Below, piece after piece: positions 18,874 through 28,809 of a stretch of DNA of 48,552 nt. The notes beneath the pieces are model-generated. The model was not told the DNA's origin. It searched no databases and saw only the letters and a program-made list of their open reading frames with translations. How positions within the stretch are numbered: position 1 is the first letter of the stretch; the number at the start of each line of letters is the position of its first letter. The position numbers and the translations under genes are program-made. This DNA is from Bacteroidales bacterium (GTDB lineage Bacteria; Bacteroidota; Bacteroidia; Bacteroidales; UBA1556): positions 1 to 48,552 of the forward strand of contig JAFGWF010000092.1 of the NCBI GenBank assembly GCA_016937295.1, written 5' to 3'.

Positions 18874-19899
18874 ATGAATTCATATTTAGATGCTGATTCG
18901 GAACGTTTAAGCCCTGCTGAGAAGGAGTTTGAAAAGGCGTTGCGACCCGGAACTTTCTCTTCATTTATGGGGCAACCGCAGGTGGTTGAGAATTTGGAGA
19001 TATTTGTTGCAGCAGCACGGCAGCGCGAAGAAGCACTCGATCACGTCCTGCTTCATGGCCCTCCCGGTTTAGGAAAAACCACTCTTTCGATGATTATAGC
19101 CAATGAATTGGGCGTGGGTATAAAAATTACTTCCGGCCCCGTTTTAGATAAGCCAGGCGATTTGGCCGGTTTACTTACGAATCTTGAGGCCAATGACGTC
19201 CTCTTTATCGACGAAATTCACCGATTAAGCCCCGTGGTAGAAGAATATCTTTATGCCGCCATGGAGGATTATAAGATTGATATTATGATCGAAAGTGGCC
19301 CTAATGCACGCTCTGTACAGATTTCCCTCAATCCGTTCACTTTGATTGGTGCCACCACTCGTTCAGGCTTGCTCACTGCTCCTCTGCGAAGCCGTTTTGG
19401 TATTAATTCTAGGCTATCTTATTATAATGCTGAGGTTTTATCCGATATTGTAATTCGCTCTTCGTCAATTCTCAAAGTGCCAATTGAAACTAATGCCGCC
19501 ATTGAAATTGCTCGAAGAAGTCGCGGAACTCCACGTATTGCCAACGGTTTGCTTCGGCGGGTGCGCGATTTTGCTCAAATTAAAGGCTCCGGAAAAATCG
19601 ATTTGCGAATCGTAAACATTGCTCTTGAAGCACTTAACGTCGATAAAAATGGATTGGATGAAATGGATAATCGTATCTTAACGTCCATAATCGACAAGTT
19701 CAAAGGAGGTCCGGTTGGGCTTACCACCATTGCAACTTCCGTTGGTGAAGACCCGGGTACAATCGAAGAGGTTTATGAGCCTTTTCTCATTCAAGAAGGT
19801 TATTTGATGAGAACTCCCCGAGGAAGAGAGGTTACTCCTCTTGCTTATCAACATACTGGACGAATAAAGTCAACCGGTGACCAAAGGGAACTTTTCTGA
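18874..19899 (+). CDS. ruvB: Holliday junction branch migration helicase
   Basis: [47 protein letters not shown]; start moved from 18826 to ATG 18874 (TATTTTCG at 18846). Confidence 0.98.
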   Translation: MNSYLDADSERLSPAEKEFEKALRPGTFSSFMGQPQVVENLEIFVAAARQREEALDHVLLHGPPGLGKTTLSMIIANELGVGIKITSGPVLDKPGDLAGLLTNLEANDVLFIDEIHRLSPVVEEYLYAAMEDYKIDIMIESGPNARSVQISLNPFTLIGATTRSGLLTAPLRSRFGINSRLSYYNAEVLSDIVIRSSSILKVPIETNAAIEIARRSRGTPRIANGLLRRVRDFAQIKGSGKIDLRIVNIALEALNVDKNGLDEMDNRILTSIIDKFKGGPVGLTTIATSVGEDPGTIEEVYEPFLIQEGYLMRTPRGREVTPLAYQHTGRIKSTGDQRELF

Positions 19900-19902
19900 A
19901 AA

Positions 19903-20844
19903 ATGGACGGATTTTCCATATCGAACAAGATTAAAGATAAAGCTTTAGAACTTGGGTTCTCGGCTTGTGGTATTGCTAACGTTGAAAGGCTTCAAAAGGA
20001 GTTTATTAATCTAAATCGTTGGTTGGCTGAAGGTTATCATGCCGATATGAGGTATATGGCTCGAAATGTGGAAATGCGATGCAATCCTGCTCTAATTCTT
20101 GAAGATGCAAAATCAGTGGTCTCCGTACTCCTTAACTATTTTCCTGAAACAAAGCAAGACAACGATAGCGAGTTTCTCGTATCGAAATATGCTTATGGTG
20201 ACGATTATCATAGGGTTGTTAAAAACAAACTGCATTTGTTGAAGTCCTTTATTCTTGAGTTCTATCCAAATGCTAAAATGCGAGTTTTCACCGATTCGGC
20301 TCCGGTTCTTGATAGAGCTTGGGCTGTGAAATCGGGTTTAGGTTGGATTGGCAAAAATACCCTGCTTATCAATCCCAAATTGGGTTCTTTTGTTTTTATC
20401 GGTGAAATCGTTGTCGATCAGCAGCTTACAGCCGATAATCCTTTTGAGAAAGAATATTGCGGAAAGTGTACTGCCTGCATTGACGCTTGCCCCACTCAAG
20501 CGCTGCTTGAGCCTTATGTATTGGATGCTAAACGTTGTATTTCTTACCAAACTATTGAAAATTCTGGTTTTATTCCCCCCGAAATCGCTTCTCGTATGGA
20601 AAACCTGATTTTTGGTTGTGATGTTTGTCAGGACGTTTGTCCATGGAATAATAAAGCAAAACCAACTTCTGAATCGGCCTTTTTAATTACGGACAACTTG
20701 CAGAAAATCAATAAAAATACTTTTGAAACCATTGATTTTGAGGGTTTTGAATCCCTTTTTAGCGAAAGTCCAATTATGCGTGCAGGCCTTTTAAAAATAC
20801 GTCAAACGGTAAGTCAGTTAAGGGCTAACGTTAAAAAAAACTAA
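19903..20844 (+). CDS. queG: Epoxyqueuosine reductase
   Basis: SKYAYGDDYH, DSAPVLDRAWA, GLGWIGKN, CGKCTACIDACP, CISYQTIE, GCDVCQDVCPWN. Confidence 0.96.
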   Translation: MDGFSISNKIKDKALELGFSACGIANVERLQKEFINLNRWLAEGYHADMRYMARNVEMRCNPALILEDAKSVVSVLLNYFPETKQDNDSEFLVSKYAYGDDYHRVVKNKLHLLKSFILEFYPNAKMRVFTDSAPVLDRAWAVKSGLGWIGKNTLLINPKLGSFVFIGEIVVDQQLTADNPFEKEYCGKCTACIDACPTQALLEPYVLDAKRCISYQTIENSGFIPPEIASRMENLIFGCDVCQDVCPWNNKAKPTSESAFLITDNLQKINKNTFETIDFEGFESLFSESPIMRAGLLKIRQTVSQLRANVKKN

Positions 20845-20915
20845 TTTCCTTCATATTTTGAAATATTCTATACTTTAGCATAATCATTCACACTTTATCT
20901 AACTAATTGAAATAA

Positions 20916-22349
20916 ATGAATTTAAGAAAATTAGCGGCCACTTTCGCAATCACTTTGCTGATAATTTCAAATTTGCAATCTCAGAAATTGTGGACTTTAG
21001 CCGAGTGTATTGAGTATGCTGAACATAATAATATTCAGCTTCGAATACAGGAGTTGGGAATTAAAATGCAAGAAGAGTCAGTTTTGCAAAGTCGGATGAG
21101 CTTTTTGCCCAATCTTTCGGCAAACGCATCCGGCAGTTATAACTGGGGAAAAACTATTGACCGTTTCACAAACCAATTTGCCGATTCGCGCGTTTCGAGT
21201 GTCAATTTGTATTTGCAAAGTTCCATGACTTTATTCAACGGTTTTTATCTGTTGAACAATGTAAAAAAACAGAATCTGGAATTATTGGCGCAACGGCAGG
21301 AAATGGAAGCCGCATTGAATATGAAGTCCTTAGAAATAACCACTGCTTTTTTACAAATTTTATATGGAAAAGAAAATTTGTTAGTTGTAAAACAGCAAGT
21401 TTCACTTTCAGAGATGCAGGTTTCGAGGACGCAGCAACTAATCGAAGCAGGGATTTTAGCGGAGGGTGATTTGTTCAATATGAAATCGCAGTTAGCTTCT
21501 GACATTTCTAAAAAAGTACAGGCTGAAAATGATCTTGAATTGGCTTATCTTAACCTGAAACAACTAATGGATTTGCCTGCTGATACCTTGTTCGATATCG
21601 AAACTCCTGAAATCAATATCGCTGACAAAACTGCTGAGCTTCTGGCTTCTTCCGTTATATACAATTTTGCTGTTCAGAATCAGCCCGAAATAAAAGCTGC
21701 CGAAACAAGGTATGATTTGTCTTTGAAAAACTTAGCATTAGCTCGTTCTCGTTATTACCCGACTTTGACCATTTCGGGGGGCGTTGGAACCGGATATTCG
21801 GGAGCTAATGTGGTGATTGACGGAAATCCCATTTTTACAGGACTTTATCCAAGTGGCGATATCACAGCCTCCGGCGATACGGTTCTTACTCCGGCTTTTG
21901 ATTATGATACTAAAACCAAACCTTTTTCGGATCAGATTGATGAAAACCTCAATTATAGCGCCGGTTTGTATCTTTCTATCCCTATTTTTAATAATTACCA
22001 ATCGAAAAGTCAGGTAAATATTTCTAAACTTAGCGTGCAGCAAGCCGAATTGCAATTAGACAAATCTAAGCAAGATTTGAGAAAAACTATTGAGCAAGCT
22101 TATGCGGACGCACGAGCTGCTTTTAATTCCTATCAGGCTGCTTTGTTGAATGTTAAGGCTCTTGAAGAATCGTTTAATTATTCATCGAAGAAGTATGATG
22201 CAGGCTTAATAAACTCTTTTGACTTTAATAATGCAAGAGTTTTATATGAGAATGCACTGAATAACCTTATAAACACCAAATACTCTTATGTTTTCAGAAT
22301 CAAGGTTCTCGATTTTTATTTCGGAAAGCCTTTGACGCTGTCTAACTAA
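20916..22349 (+). CDS. TolC-family outer-membrane efflux protein
   Basis: WTLAECIEYA..NN, two OEP repeats (FLPNLS, YYPTLT), LSIPIFN. Confidence 0.92.
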   Translation: MNLRKLAATFAITLLIISNLQSQKLWTLAECIEYAEHNNIQLRIQELGIKMQEESVLQSRMSFLPNLSANASGSYNWGKTIDRFTNQFADSRVSSVNLYLQSSMTLFNGFYLLNNVKKQNLELLAQRQEMEAALNMKSLEITTAFLQILYGKENLLVVKQQVSLSEMQVSRTQQLIEAGILAEGDLFNMKSQLASDISKKVQAENDLELAYLNLKQLMDLPADTLFDIETPEINIADKTAELLASSVIYNFAVQNQPEIKAAETRYDLSLKNLALARSRYYPTLTISGGVGTGYSGANVVIDGNPIFTGLYPSGDITASGDTVLTPAFDYDTKTKPFSDQIDENLNYSAGLYLSIPIFNNYQSKSQVNISKLSVQQAELQLDKSKQDLRKTIEQAYADARAAFNSYQAALLNVKALEESFNYSSKKYDAGLINSFDFNNARVLYENALNNLINTKYSYVFRIKVLDFYFGKPLTLSN

Positions 22350-22384
22350 ATCGGTACGATATTTTTAATTAAACATTAATTTCA

Positions 22385-23767
22385 ATGAACAATAAGAAAG
22401 TCAGGATTATCATCATCGCAAGCATAGGTTTGTTGATTGTTTTGTTGATAGTCGCCTCCAAACTCGGTTGGATTGGTAAGAAAACCTATACGAAAGTGAG
22501 CGTTCAAAAGGTTGAAGAACGCAATATTGTAGAATACGTAACGGCTTCGGGAAAGATTCAGCCTGAGAAGGAGATTATCATTGCACCGGATGCTTCGGGT
22601 GAAATTGTTGGACTCTTTGTAAAAGAAGGCGACAGTGTAAAAGCTGGTGATTTATTGCTGAAAATCAACCCTGACGTCTATTTGTCGAATGTGGAGAAAG
22701 TAACCGCTTCGTTAAATACCTCTCGGGCCAATTTAGCCAATTCAAAGGCTCGTTTAGCGCAAACCGAAGCTCAGTTTCTAAAAGCTGAAGCTGATTTTAA
22801 CCGTAATCAAAAACTCTTTAACCAAAAAGTTATTTCACAAGCAGACTTTGATATGGTGAATACAACCTACCAAGTGGCAAAGGCTGAGGTGAAAGCTGCA
22901 AAAGAAAGCGTTTCGGCGGCTGATTTCTCGGTTCGTAATGCCGAGGCTGCACTCAAAGAGGCGCAAGATAATCTTACGAAAACGGCTGTTTTTGCACCAA
23001 TTGATGGCACTATCTCGAAATTGGACAAGGAAATGGGCGAACGTGTGGCGGGTGCTTCGCAGTTTTCGGGCGGTACTGAGGTGATGCGAATTGCCAATTT
23101 ATCCAATATGGAAGCTCAAGTGGATGTGAGTGAAAACGATATTGTGAGAGTTAAACTTGGCGATACGGCTCTGATCGAAGTGGATGCTTATCTCGACCGT
23201 AAGTTTAAAGGGGTCGTAACCCGAATTGCAAATAGTTCGACTTCTGACTTGACAAGTGCCGATCAGGTAACGAATTTTAAAGTGCGTATTCGCATCTTAC
23301 AATTTTCTTACAAAGACATCTTAGAGAAAAATCCTCATATCGTGAGTCCTTTTCGTCCCGGCATGTCGGCCTCGGTCGAAATTCGTACTAATTACCGCTA
23401 TAATGTGCTTTCCGTTCCTATTCAGGCGGTTACAACAAGAACGGATACGTCCTCCTTTCACTCGAAGAAATCGAAAGCAAAACCGAAAGATACAGAAGTT
23501 GGAGGGCAGACAACCGTTGTAGCAAAAAAGGATAATCCTAACGAACCTTCTAAAGAAATTTCGGATGAATATGTGTTTGTTTTAAAAGAGGATAAGGTTG
23601 TTTTGCGAAAGGTAAAAGCCGGAATTCAGGATGATCAGCATTTTGAGATTATTGAAGGTCTTTCTAAAGAAGATATGGTAGTTGTAGCTCCTTATCGTGC
23701 TATCAGCACTACCCTCAAAAATGGAGAGATGGTTGAAGTTGTGGATAAAACCAGATTGTTTGATTAA
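22385..23767 (+). CDS. Efflux periplasmic adaptor subunit (HlyD/MacA-like)
   Basis: TM anchor, ASGKIQP, V.EGD.VK.GDLL, alpha-hairpin, APIDGTI, RPGMSA, VP.QAV. Confidence 0.92.
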   Translation: MNNKKVRIIIIASIGLLIVLLIVASKLGWIGKKTYTKVSVQKVEERNIVEYVTASGKIQPEKEIIIAPDASGEIVGLFVKEGDSVKAGDLLLKINPDVYLSNVEKVTASLNTSRANLANSKARLAQTEAQFLKAEADFNRNQKLFNQKVISQADFDMVNTTYQVAKAEVKAAKESVSAADFSVRNAEAALKEAQDNLTKTAVFAPIDGTISKLDKEMGERVAGASQFSGGTEVMRIANLSNMEAQVDVSENDIVRVKLGDTALIEVDAYLDRKFKGVVTRIANSSTSDLTSADQVTNFKVRIRILQFSYKDILEKNPHIVSPFRPGMSASVEIRTNYRYNVLSVPIQAVTTRTDTSSFHSKKSKAKPKDTEVGGQTTVVAKKDNPNEPSKEISDEYVFVLKEDKVVLRKVKAGIQDDQHFEIIEGLSKEDMVVVAPYRAISTTLKNGEMVEVVDKTRLFD

Positions 23768-24006
23768 TCGGGTGTTTTTGATATGGCTATTTCTTTGTTT
23801 CGCCTTTTTTTAAAACCTTAATCTGGAAATAGTAATCAGGAACTCGATTTTGGTAAAATCGGCAGACCTCGAAAAATCTGCTTTTTAGACAATCGCTGAA
23901 GATAATTCTGTGATTTTCTTATTCTTGATTATCAAGGCAACCTTTTGCCTTATGAAATTCTGTTATAAATCAATCTTGCACTTCAATTCATCTGCCGAAA
24001 AGTATG

Positions 24007-24014
24007 TATTTTTG
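24007..24014 (+). promoter_or_regulatory. Bacteroidetes -7 element (TATTTTTG) for the M43 protease-mqnE pair
   Basis: TAnnTTTG 25 nt before GTG 24040. Confidence 0.5.
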
Positions 24015-24039
24015 TCCAATTCAATTAACACGTAATACA

Positions 24040-25290
24040 GTGAGAGCATTTATTTTAGTTCTGTTTTTAGTTTCTTTGATTTACGATAGTTTTTCTCAGA
24101 ATCGCCCTAACCATTGTGGTACAACAAGTTATTATCAATATCAGTTATCCGTCAATCCTGATTTAGCTAATATCAGGCAGGATTTAGAAATAAAAACGCA
24201 TGATTTTGTTAAGGCAAATCGTGGAACTGGTTCTAAAGAAATTGTCGTTATTCCAGTGGTTGTGCACGTGATTTATTATAACGCGGTTCAAAATATATCC
24301 GATGCTCAGGTGCTTTCACAGATTGAGGTCTTGAATGAGGATTATCGTAGGTTAAATGCAGATACCACAAATACCCCTTCCTTATTTACGTCAGTTGCAG
24401 CCGATTGCCAGATTCAATTTTGTCTTGCTGCACAAGACCCGAACGGGAACTGGACTAATGGTATTACAAGAACACAAACTACCAAAACTTCATTCGACAT
24501 CAATACTGATGAAGCAAAATATACATCAACAGGGGGCCATGATATTTGGGATAGAAATAAATACCTGAATATCTGGGTTGTGCCTTCAATTAGAGATGGT
24601 TCTTATACCGGAATTTTGGGTTATGCCCAGCTTCCGGGCGGCGGTGCTTCCACCGATGGGGTGGTGATTCAGTATTCGAACTTTGGAAGGATTGGAAATC
24701 TTAGTCCCTACTACAATTTAGGTAGAACAGTTACGCATGAAGTTGGTCATTGGTTCAATCTCTATCACGTTTGGGGCGATGATGGAACCGGATGTTGGGG
24801 AAGCGACTATGTTGACGATACGCCAAATCAGGCTGATGAAAATTATAATTGCCCAAGCTTTCCGGAGCCTTCATGCAATAACACATCGGATATGTATTCA
24901 AATTATATGGATTACACGGATGACGATTGCATGAATATTTTTACCGAAGGTCAAAAATTGCGGATGTGGGCTACCATAAACAACTATCGCAGTTCATTGA
25001 AAACATCTCCCGGATGCCTTGTGAATTCCGTCCCCGAAGTGAAACAAAACCGGTCTTTAGTAAATATTTTTCCCAATCCTGCAGTCTCTTCTGTTCTATT
25101 TAATTTTGATGAAACTTTTTCAGGGTTGATTTCCGTCTATTCCATTCAAGGTTTATTGATTGGTCATTACACATTAAATAGCACTAAAGATTTTGTGTTG
25201 GATGTAAATAGTTGGCAAAGTGGTCTATACGTAGCTATTATTCGTAATTCCGCTTATGTCGAAGTAAAGAAAATCGAAATTTTAAAATAA
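24040..25290 (+). CDS. M43 (pappalysin/ulilysin-like) zinc metalloprotease, T9SS cargo
   Basis: Signal peptide; Cys-switch CGT; IPVVVHVIY; HEVGHWFNLYH; Met-turn NYMDY; IFPNP CTD; ORF track start 24004. Confidence 0.93.
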   Translation: MRAFILVLFLVSLIYDSFSQNRPNHCGTTSYYQYQLSVNPDLANIRQDLEIKTHDFVKANRGTGSKEIVVIPVVVHVIYYNAVQNISDAQVLSQIEVLNEDYRRLNADTTNTPSLFTSVAADCQIQFCLAAQDPNGNWTNGITRTQTTKTSFDINTDEAKYTSTGGHDIWDRNKYLNIWVVPSIRDGSYTGILGYAQLPGGGASTDGVVIQYSNFGRIGNLSPYYNLGRTVTHEVGHWFNLYHVWGDDGTGCWGSDYVDDTPNQADENYNCPSFPEPSCNNTSDMYSNYMDYTDDDCMNIFTEGQKLRMWATINNYRSSLKTSPGCLVNSVPEVKQNRSLVNIFPNPAVSSVLFNFDETFSGLISVYSIQGLLIGHYTLNSTKDFVLDVNSWQSGLYVAIIRNSAYVEVKKIEILK

Positions 25291-25305
25291 AGTTTAAGAT
25301 AAAAA

Positions 25306-26406
25306 ATGTATCCTGAAATATTAATTTCTGACGAAAAACTAAAACAGATTGCTAACAAAGTATTGGATGGCAATCGGATTAGCCTCGATGAAGGCGTTTA
25401 TTTATACGATAATGGCGATTTAAGTTTATTGGGTTTCCTCGCCAACACTATACGTGAACGAAAGAATGGCAATAACACTTATTTTAATCGCAACTTACAT
25501 ATCGAGCCTACAAACACGTGTGTCTATGCTTGTAAATTTTGCTCTTATTATAAGAAAAAGGGAGAAGATGGATGGGAATACAGCCAGGATCAGATTGTTG
25601 AAATGGTTCGTAATGCAGGATCTGATATTACTGAGGTTCATATTGTTGGTGGTGTTCATCCAAAGTGGGACGTTCATTATTATGGCGAGATTTTTAAACA
25701 GATCAAATCTGCCCGGCCTGATATTCATATAAAAGCTTTCACAGCGGTTGAAATTAGTTATATAAGCAAGCGAGCCGGAATGTCGGTGCGCGAAGGGCTG
25801 CAAACTTTGAAAGAGTATGGCTTAGATAGTATTCCGGGTGGTGGTGCCGAAATTTTTGATGAGGAAATTAGAAAGCAAATTTGCGGGCAAAAAGATACTG
25901 CCGAACAGTGGCTTTTAGTTCATCAAACAGCTCACGAATTGGGTATTCCGAGTAATGCAACCAATATTTATGGTCATATCGAAAATAATTGGCATCGGGT
26001 GGAGCATATAAATCGTTTGAGAGATTTACAAGATAAAACTAATGGTTTTAATGTATTCATTCCTTTGAAGTTTAAAAACAAGAATAATGAGCTTTCCTAT
26101 TTGCCGGAAGTTTCTATTATTGAGGATGTTAAGATGTATGCCATGTCACGTATCTACTTAGATAATTTTCCACATATCAAAGCTTATTGGCCTATGATAG
26201 GTCGCGATATTGCCCAACTTCTGCTTTCATTTGGTGTGGACGATTTTGATGGAACTATCAACGATAGTACTAAAATTTACAGTCGTGCAGGAGCTAATGA
26301 GCAATCACCGGCAATGACAACGGACGAGATGGTGGAGTTGATTAAAGCTGCAGGACGAAAGCCTATCGAAAGGGATTCGATTTATAATGTTATTAAGGAA
26401 TACTAA
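25306..26406 (+). CDS. mqnE: Aminofutalosine synthase (radical SAM)
   Basis: NLHIEPTNTCVYACKFC, TEVHIVGG, HIKAFTAVE, PGGGAEIF, HIKAYW, GVDDFDGT. Confidence 0.9.
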   Translation: MYPEILISDEKLKQIANKVLDGNRISLDEGVYLYDNGDLSLLGFLANTIRERKNGNNTYFNRNLHIEPTNTCVYACKFCSYYKKKGEDGWEYSQDQIVEMVRNAGSDITEVHIVGGVHPKWDVHYYGEIFKQIKSARPDIHIKAFTAVEISYISKRAGMSVREGLQTLKEYGLDSIPGGGAEIFDEEIRKQICGQKDTAEQWLLVHQTAHELGIPSNATNIYGHIENNWHRVEHINRLRDLQDKTNGFNVFIPLKFKNKNNELSYLPEVSIIEDVKMYAMSRIYLDNFPHIKAYWPMIGRDIAQLLLSFGVDDFDGTINDSTKIYSRAGANEQSPAMTTDEMVELIKAAGRKPIERDSIYNVIKEY

Positions 26407-26408
26407 GC

Positions 26409-27062
26409 CTACACTTTCGCCAATATCGTTTTTCCTGCCCTAACTTTTTCTTCCAAACTGACTTGGATTTCGGCATCTAAAGGAAGAAAAACATCTACAC
26501 GCGAACCAAACTTAATGAATCCTAATTGGTCGCCTTGCCTAACTTCTTGACCTTCTTTGGAGTAGCATACTATTCGGCGAGCAACGGCTCCGGCAATCTG
26601 CCGAACCATAATGGTTAGGTTTGAATTTTCTATGGCCACGGTTGCTCGTTCGTTATCGGTGCTGGCTTTTGGAAGCCAAGCAACTAAGTGTTTGCCCGGA
26701 TGATAGCGATAATAGGCAATATTTCCACTTATCGGGTAACGATTCATGTGAGTGTTTGCAGGCGACATAAAAATAGAAATTTGGATGCGTTCATCTTCCA
26801 AAAATTCATTCATTTTTACTTTTTCTATCACCACAACTTTTCCGTCAGCAGGACTAATTACCTGCGATAGATTTTCGACAACTGAAAACTTTGGATAGCG
26901 GAAAAAGCTAATAATTGCCAACCAGAAAAGGAGGGCAAGGAAGCCGAATGTAATAGTGATAAATGGAAAATGCGGTAAACTTGCGTTGACAATCCAAACT
27001 AAAATGCTTAATGCAAAAAAACTGATAATAATAGTTTTAAAACCTTCCTTATGTATTCCCAT
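26409..27062 (-). CDS. psd: Phosphatidylserine decarboxylase proenzyme
   Basis: FFR.P, SPADGKV, SIFMSP, QIAG.VARRI, IKFGSRVD self-cleavage site. Confidence 0.95.
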   Translation of the reverse strand: MGIHKEGFKTIIISFFALSILVWIVNASLPHFPFITITFGFLALLFWLAIISFFRYPKFSVVENLSQVISPADGKVVVIEKVKMNEFLEDERIQISIFMSPANTHMNRYPISGNIAYYRYHPGKHLVAWLPKASTDNERATVAIENSNLTIMVRQIAGAVARRIVCYSKEGQEVRQGDQLGFIKFGSRVDVFLPLDAEIQVSLEEKVRAGKTILAKV

Positions 27063-27091
27063 GGTGCTGATAATTGAACGGAAATTATGTG

Positions 27092-27099
27092 CAAATATA
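27092..27099 (-). promoter_or_regulatory. Internal -7 element (TATATTTG) for psd
   Basis: TAnnTTTG 29 nt upstream of the psd ATG. Confidence 0.45.
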
Positions 27100-27120
27100 A
27101 ATATATTGTTCTAAACGAGC

Positions 27121-27933
27121 TTAGAAGAAAAAATAAACATAAGCAGCAGCAGCCGGAAGTCCCAAAGTGGCGCCATCTAATCGGTCGAGAATTCCGCCAT
27201 GTCCGGGGAGAATGTTTCCCGAATCTTTGATATTGAAGCTTCGCTTAAACATCGATTCAACTAAGTCGCCAAAAGTGGCAAAAATGCTGACAATGAAGGA
27301 GTAACCCGCCCAAAGAATCAGATTATTGCTGCCGGTATAAACGCCTGCGGCAACCCCGATTCCTATGCTGAAAACTAATCCACCGATAAATCCTTCCCAT
27401 GATTTTTTTGGTGAAATGCGTTCAAATAACCGATGTTTCCCGAGCAACATTCCTGAGATGTAGGCCATAGTGTCATTTGTCCACAAGGTGAAAAAGAATA
27501 AAAAAACAAAAATGCCCTCTATTTCAGTTGGCTTCACTAATAAAAAGATTGAGGTTGAAAAGGGAATTGCAATATAAAGAGTTGGCAGGATGTTTTCAGA
27601 AATTAGGATTGCCGGTGTTGAGCTGCCGGAATAAAGTTGCAAAATAAAAATCAAACCGATGGCAAAAATGCTGAAAAATAACGATTCAAAAGGAAGATGA
27701 TACGCAAGGACTAAGGATAAATTCAAAAATATAGTTATGGCAAGAGCGATGGAAGGTAAACCATTTTTATAGCTAAAACGTTGCTGCTGAAGCATTCGAA
27801 TCATTTCATAGGCGCTTAACAACGTGAATAATCCAAATAAGGAGATAAAACTTACCTTGCCAAAATAGATGGATAGCAAGACTGCTCCGGCATAGACAAT
27901 CCCTGTAAGACTGCGTAATAGAAAATTCTTCAA
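27121..27933 (-). CDS. cdsA: Phosphatidate cytidylyltransferase
   Basis: Polytopic; ISPKKSWEG; GDLVESMFKR; KDSG.ILPGHGGILDRLD. Confidence 0.96.
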   Translation of the reverse strand: MKNFLLRSLTGIVYAGAVLLSIYFGKVSFISLFGLFTLLSAYEMIRMLQQQRFSYKNGLPSIALAITIFLNLSLVLAYHLPFESLFFSIFAIGLIFILQLYSGSSTPAILISENILPTLYIAIPFSTSIFLLVKPTEIEGIFVFLFFFTLWTNDTMAYISGMLLGKHRLFERISPKKSWEGFIGGLVFSIGIGVAAGVYTGSNNLILWAGYSFIVSIFATFGDLVESMFKRSFNIKDSGNILPGHGGILDRLDGATLGLPAAAAYVYFFF

Positions 27934-28142
27934 AGTTTAGCTTTTTCGATAATTAATTTGGCTTTTAAAACATCGTCCGGCCTGACATATAATTCAATAT
28001 TGCCAAAATTATAATAATGGTCTTTTTTGTTGATGAAATGAGAAACAATTTCAGCTTCAGCCAACAAATCTGTGATAATCACAATCTTATACTCCTGATC
28101 GGCGGTATAAACCAGTTCCCAGTTTTGAGGTTCTTCGTTCAT
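27930..28142 (-). CDS. DUF2007-like small protein
   Basis: W..VY....Y...I....L....I....INKKD..Y..G.IELYV pattern; 4-nt overlap with cdsA. Confidence 0.75.
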   Translation of the reverse strand: MNEEPQNWELVYTADQEYKIVIITDLLAEAEIVSHFINKKDHYYNFGNIELYVRPDDVLKAKLIIEKAKL

Positions 28143-28144
28143 AT

Positions 28145-28789
28145 TTAATAGGCTTCAGATACAAAAACAATAAGTTCACGAGGCCCGTGTGCTCCCATAA
28201 CCAAGGTTTTTTCGATGTCGGCTGTTCGAGATGGGCCGGTGATAAAGGAAATCATGGATGGGAGTGAGGTATATTTGGTTTTGATAAATTCAATTGCCGA
28301 TTTAACAGTTTCAACAACCTGACTCGAATTAGCTAAAACAATATGTGTGTCGGCAACAAAATTTGCCAAGCGACCCGATTCTTGCTTTGATGAAACGACA
28401 ACTGTTCCCAAACGCGCAACTAAAGCTTCACAACCGGTGATAATCACTTTAGCAGTCTTGATTTCACTTTGATTAGTGATTACATTAAGGTTTGCGTTCC
28501 TAAGCAGGTTTGCTATTTTTTTGTCTAATGTAAAAAAACTATCAATTTTTCTTACTTCCATCAAAACTTTTAATTCGTTCAGCATCTCACCTGTTGATCC
28601 ACAATAGACAAAACTGCCACCAATTAAATTTAATTCGGAAGCAAACTGAATTAACAAATCCTCTTCTGTAGATTTTTGATAAATCGGGGCTTCTAAATTT
28701 ACATTGGAATAAGGGTTTTCAATGCGAACCAAAGAAGCATTTCTTATGTTTTTGAGTACGTTTTCCCTTGCAGATTTATCGTTCGCCAT
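28145..28789 (-). CDS. LUD-domain (LutC/YkgG-like) protein
   Basis: CEALVARLG, ITGPSRTADIEKTLVMGAHGP. Confidence 0.9.
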   Translation of the reverse strand: MANDKSARENVLKNIRNASLVRIENPYSNVNLEAPIYQKSTEEDLLIQFASELNLIGGSFVYCGSTGEMLNELKVLMEVRKIDSFFTLDKKIANLLRNANLNVITNQSEIKTAKVIITGCEALVARLGTVVVSSKQESGRLANFVADTHIVLANSSQVVETVKSAIEFIKTKYTSLPSMISFITGPSRTADIEKTLVMGAHGPRELIVFVSEAY

Positions 28790-28809
28790 AGTGCATTCAA
28801 GATTGATTA

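Noticed and set aside
23934-23951. Hairpin AAGGCAA-CCTT-TTGCCTT after the efflux adaptor gene
   Set aside because: No U-tract on either side and about 170 nt from the stop codon; no function can be assigned
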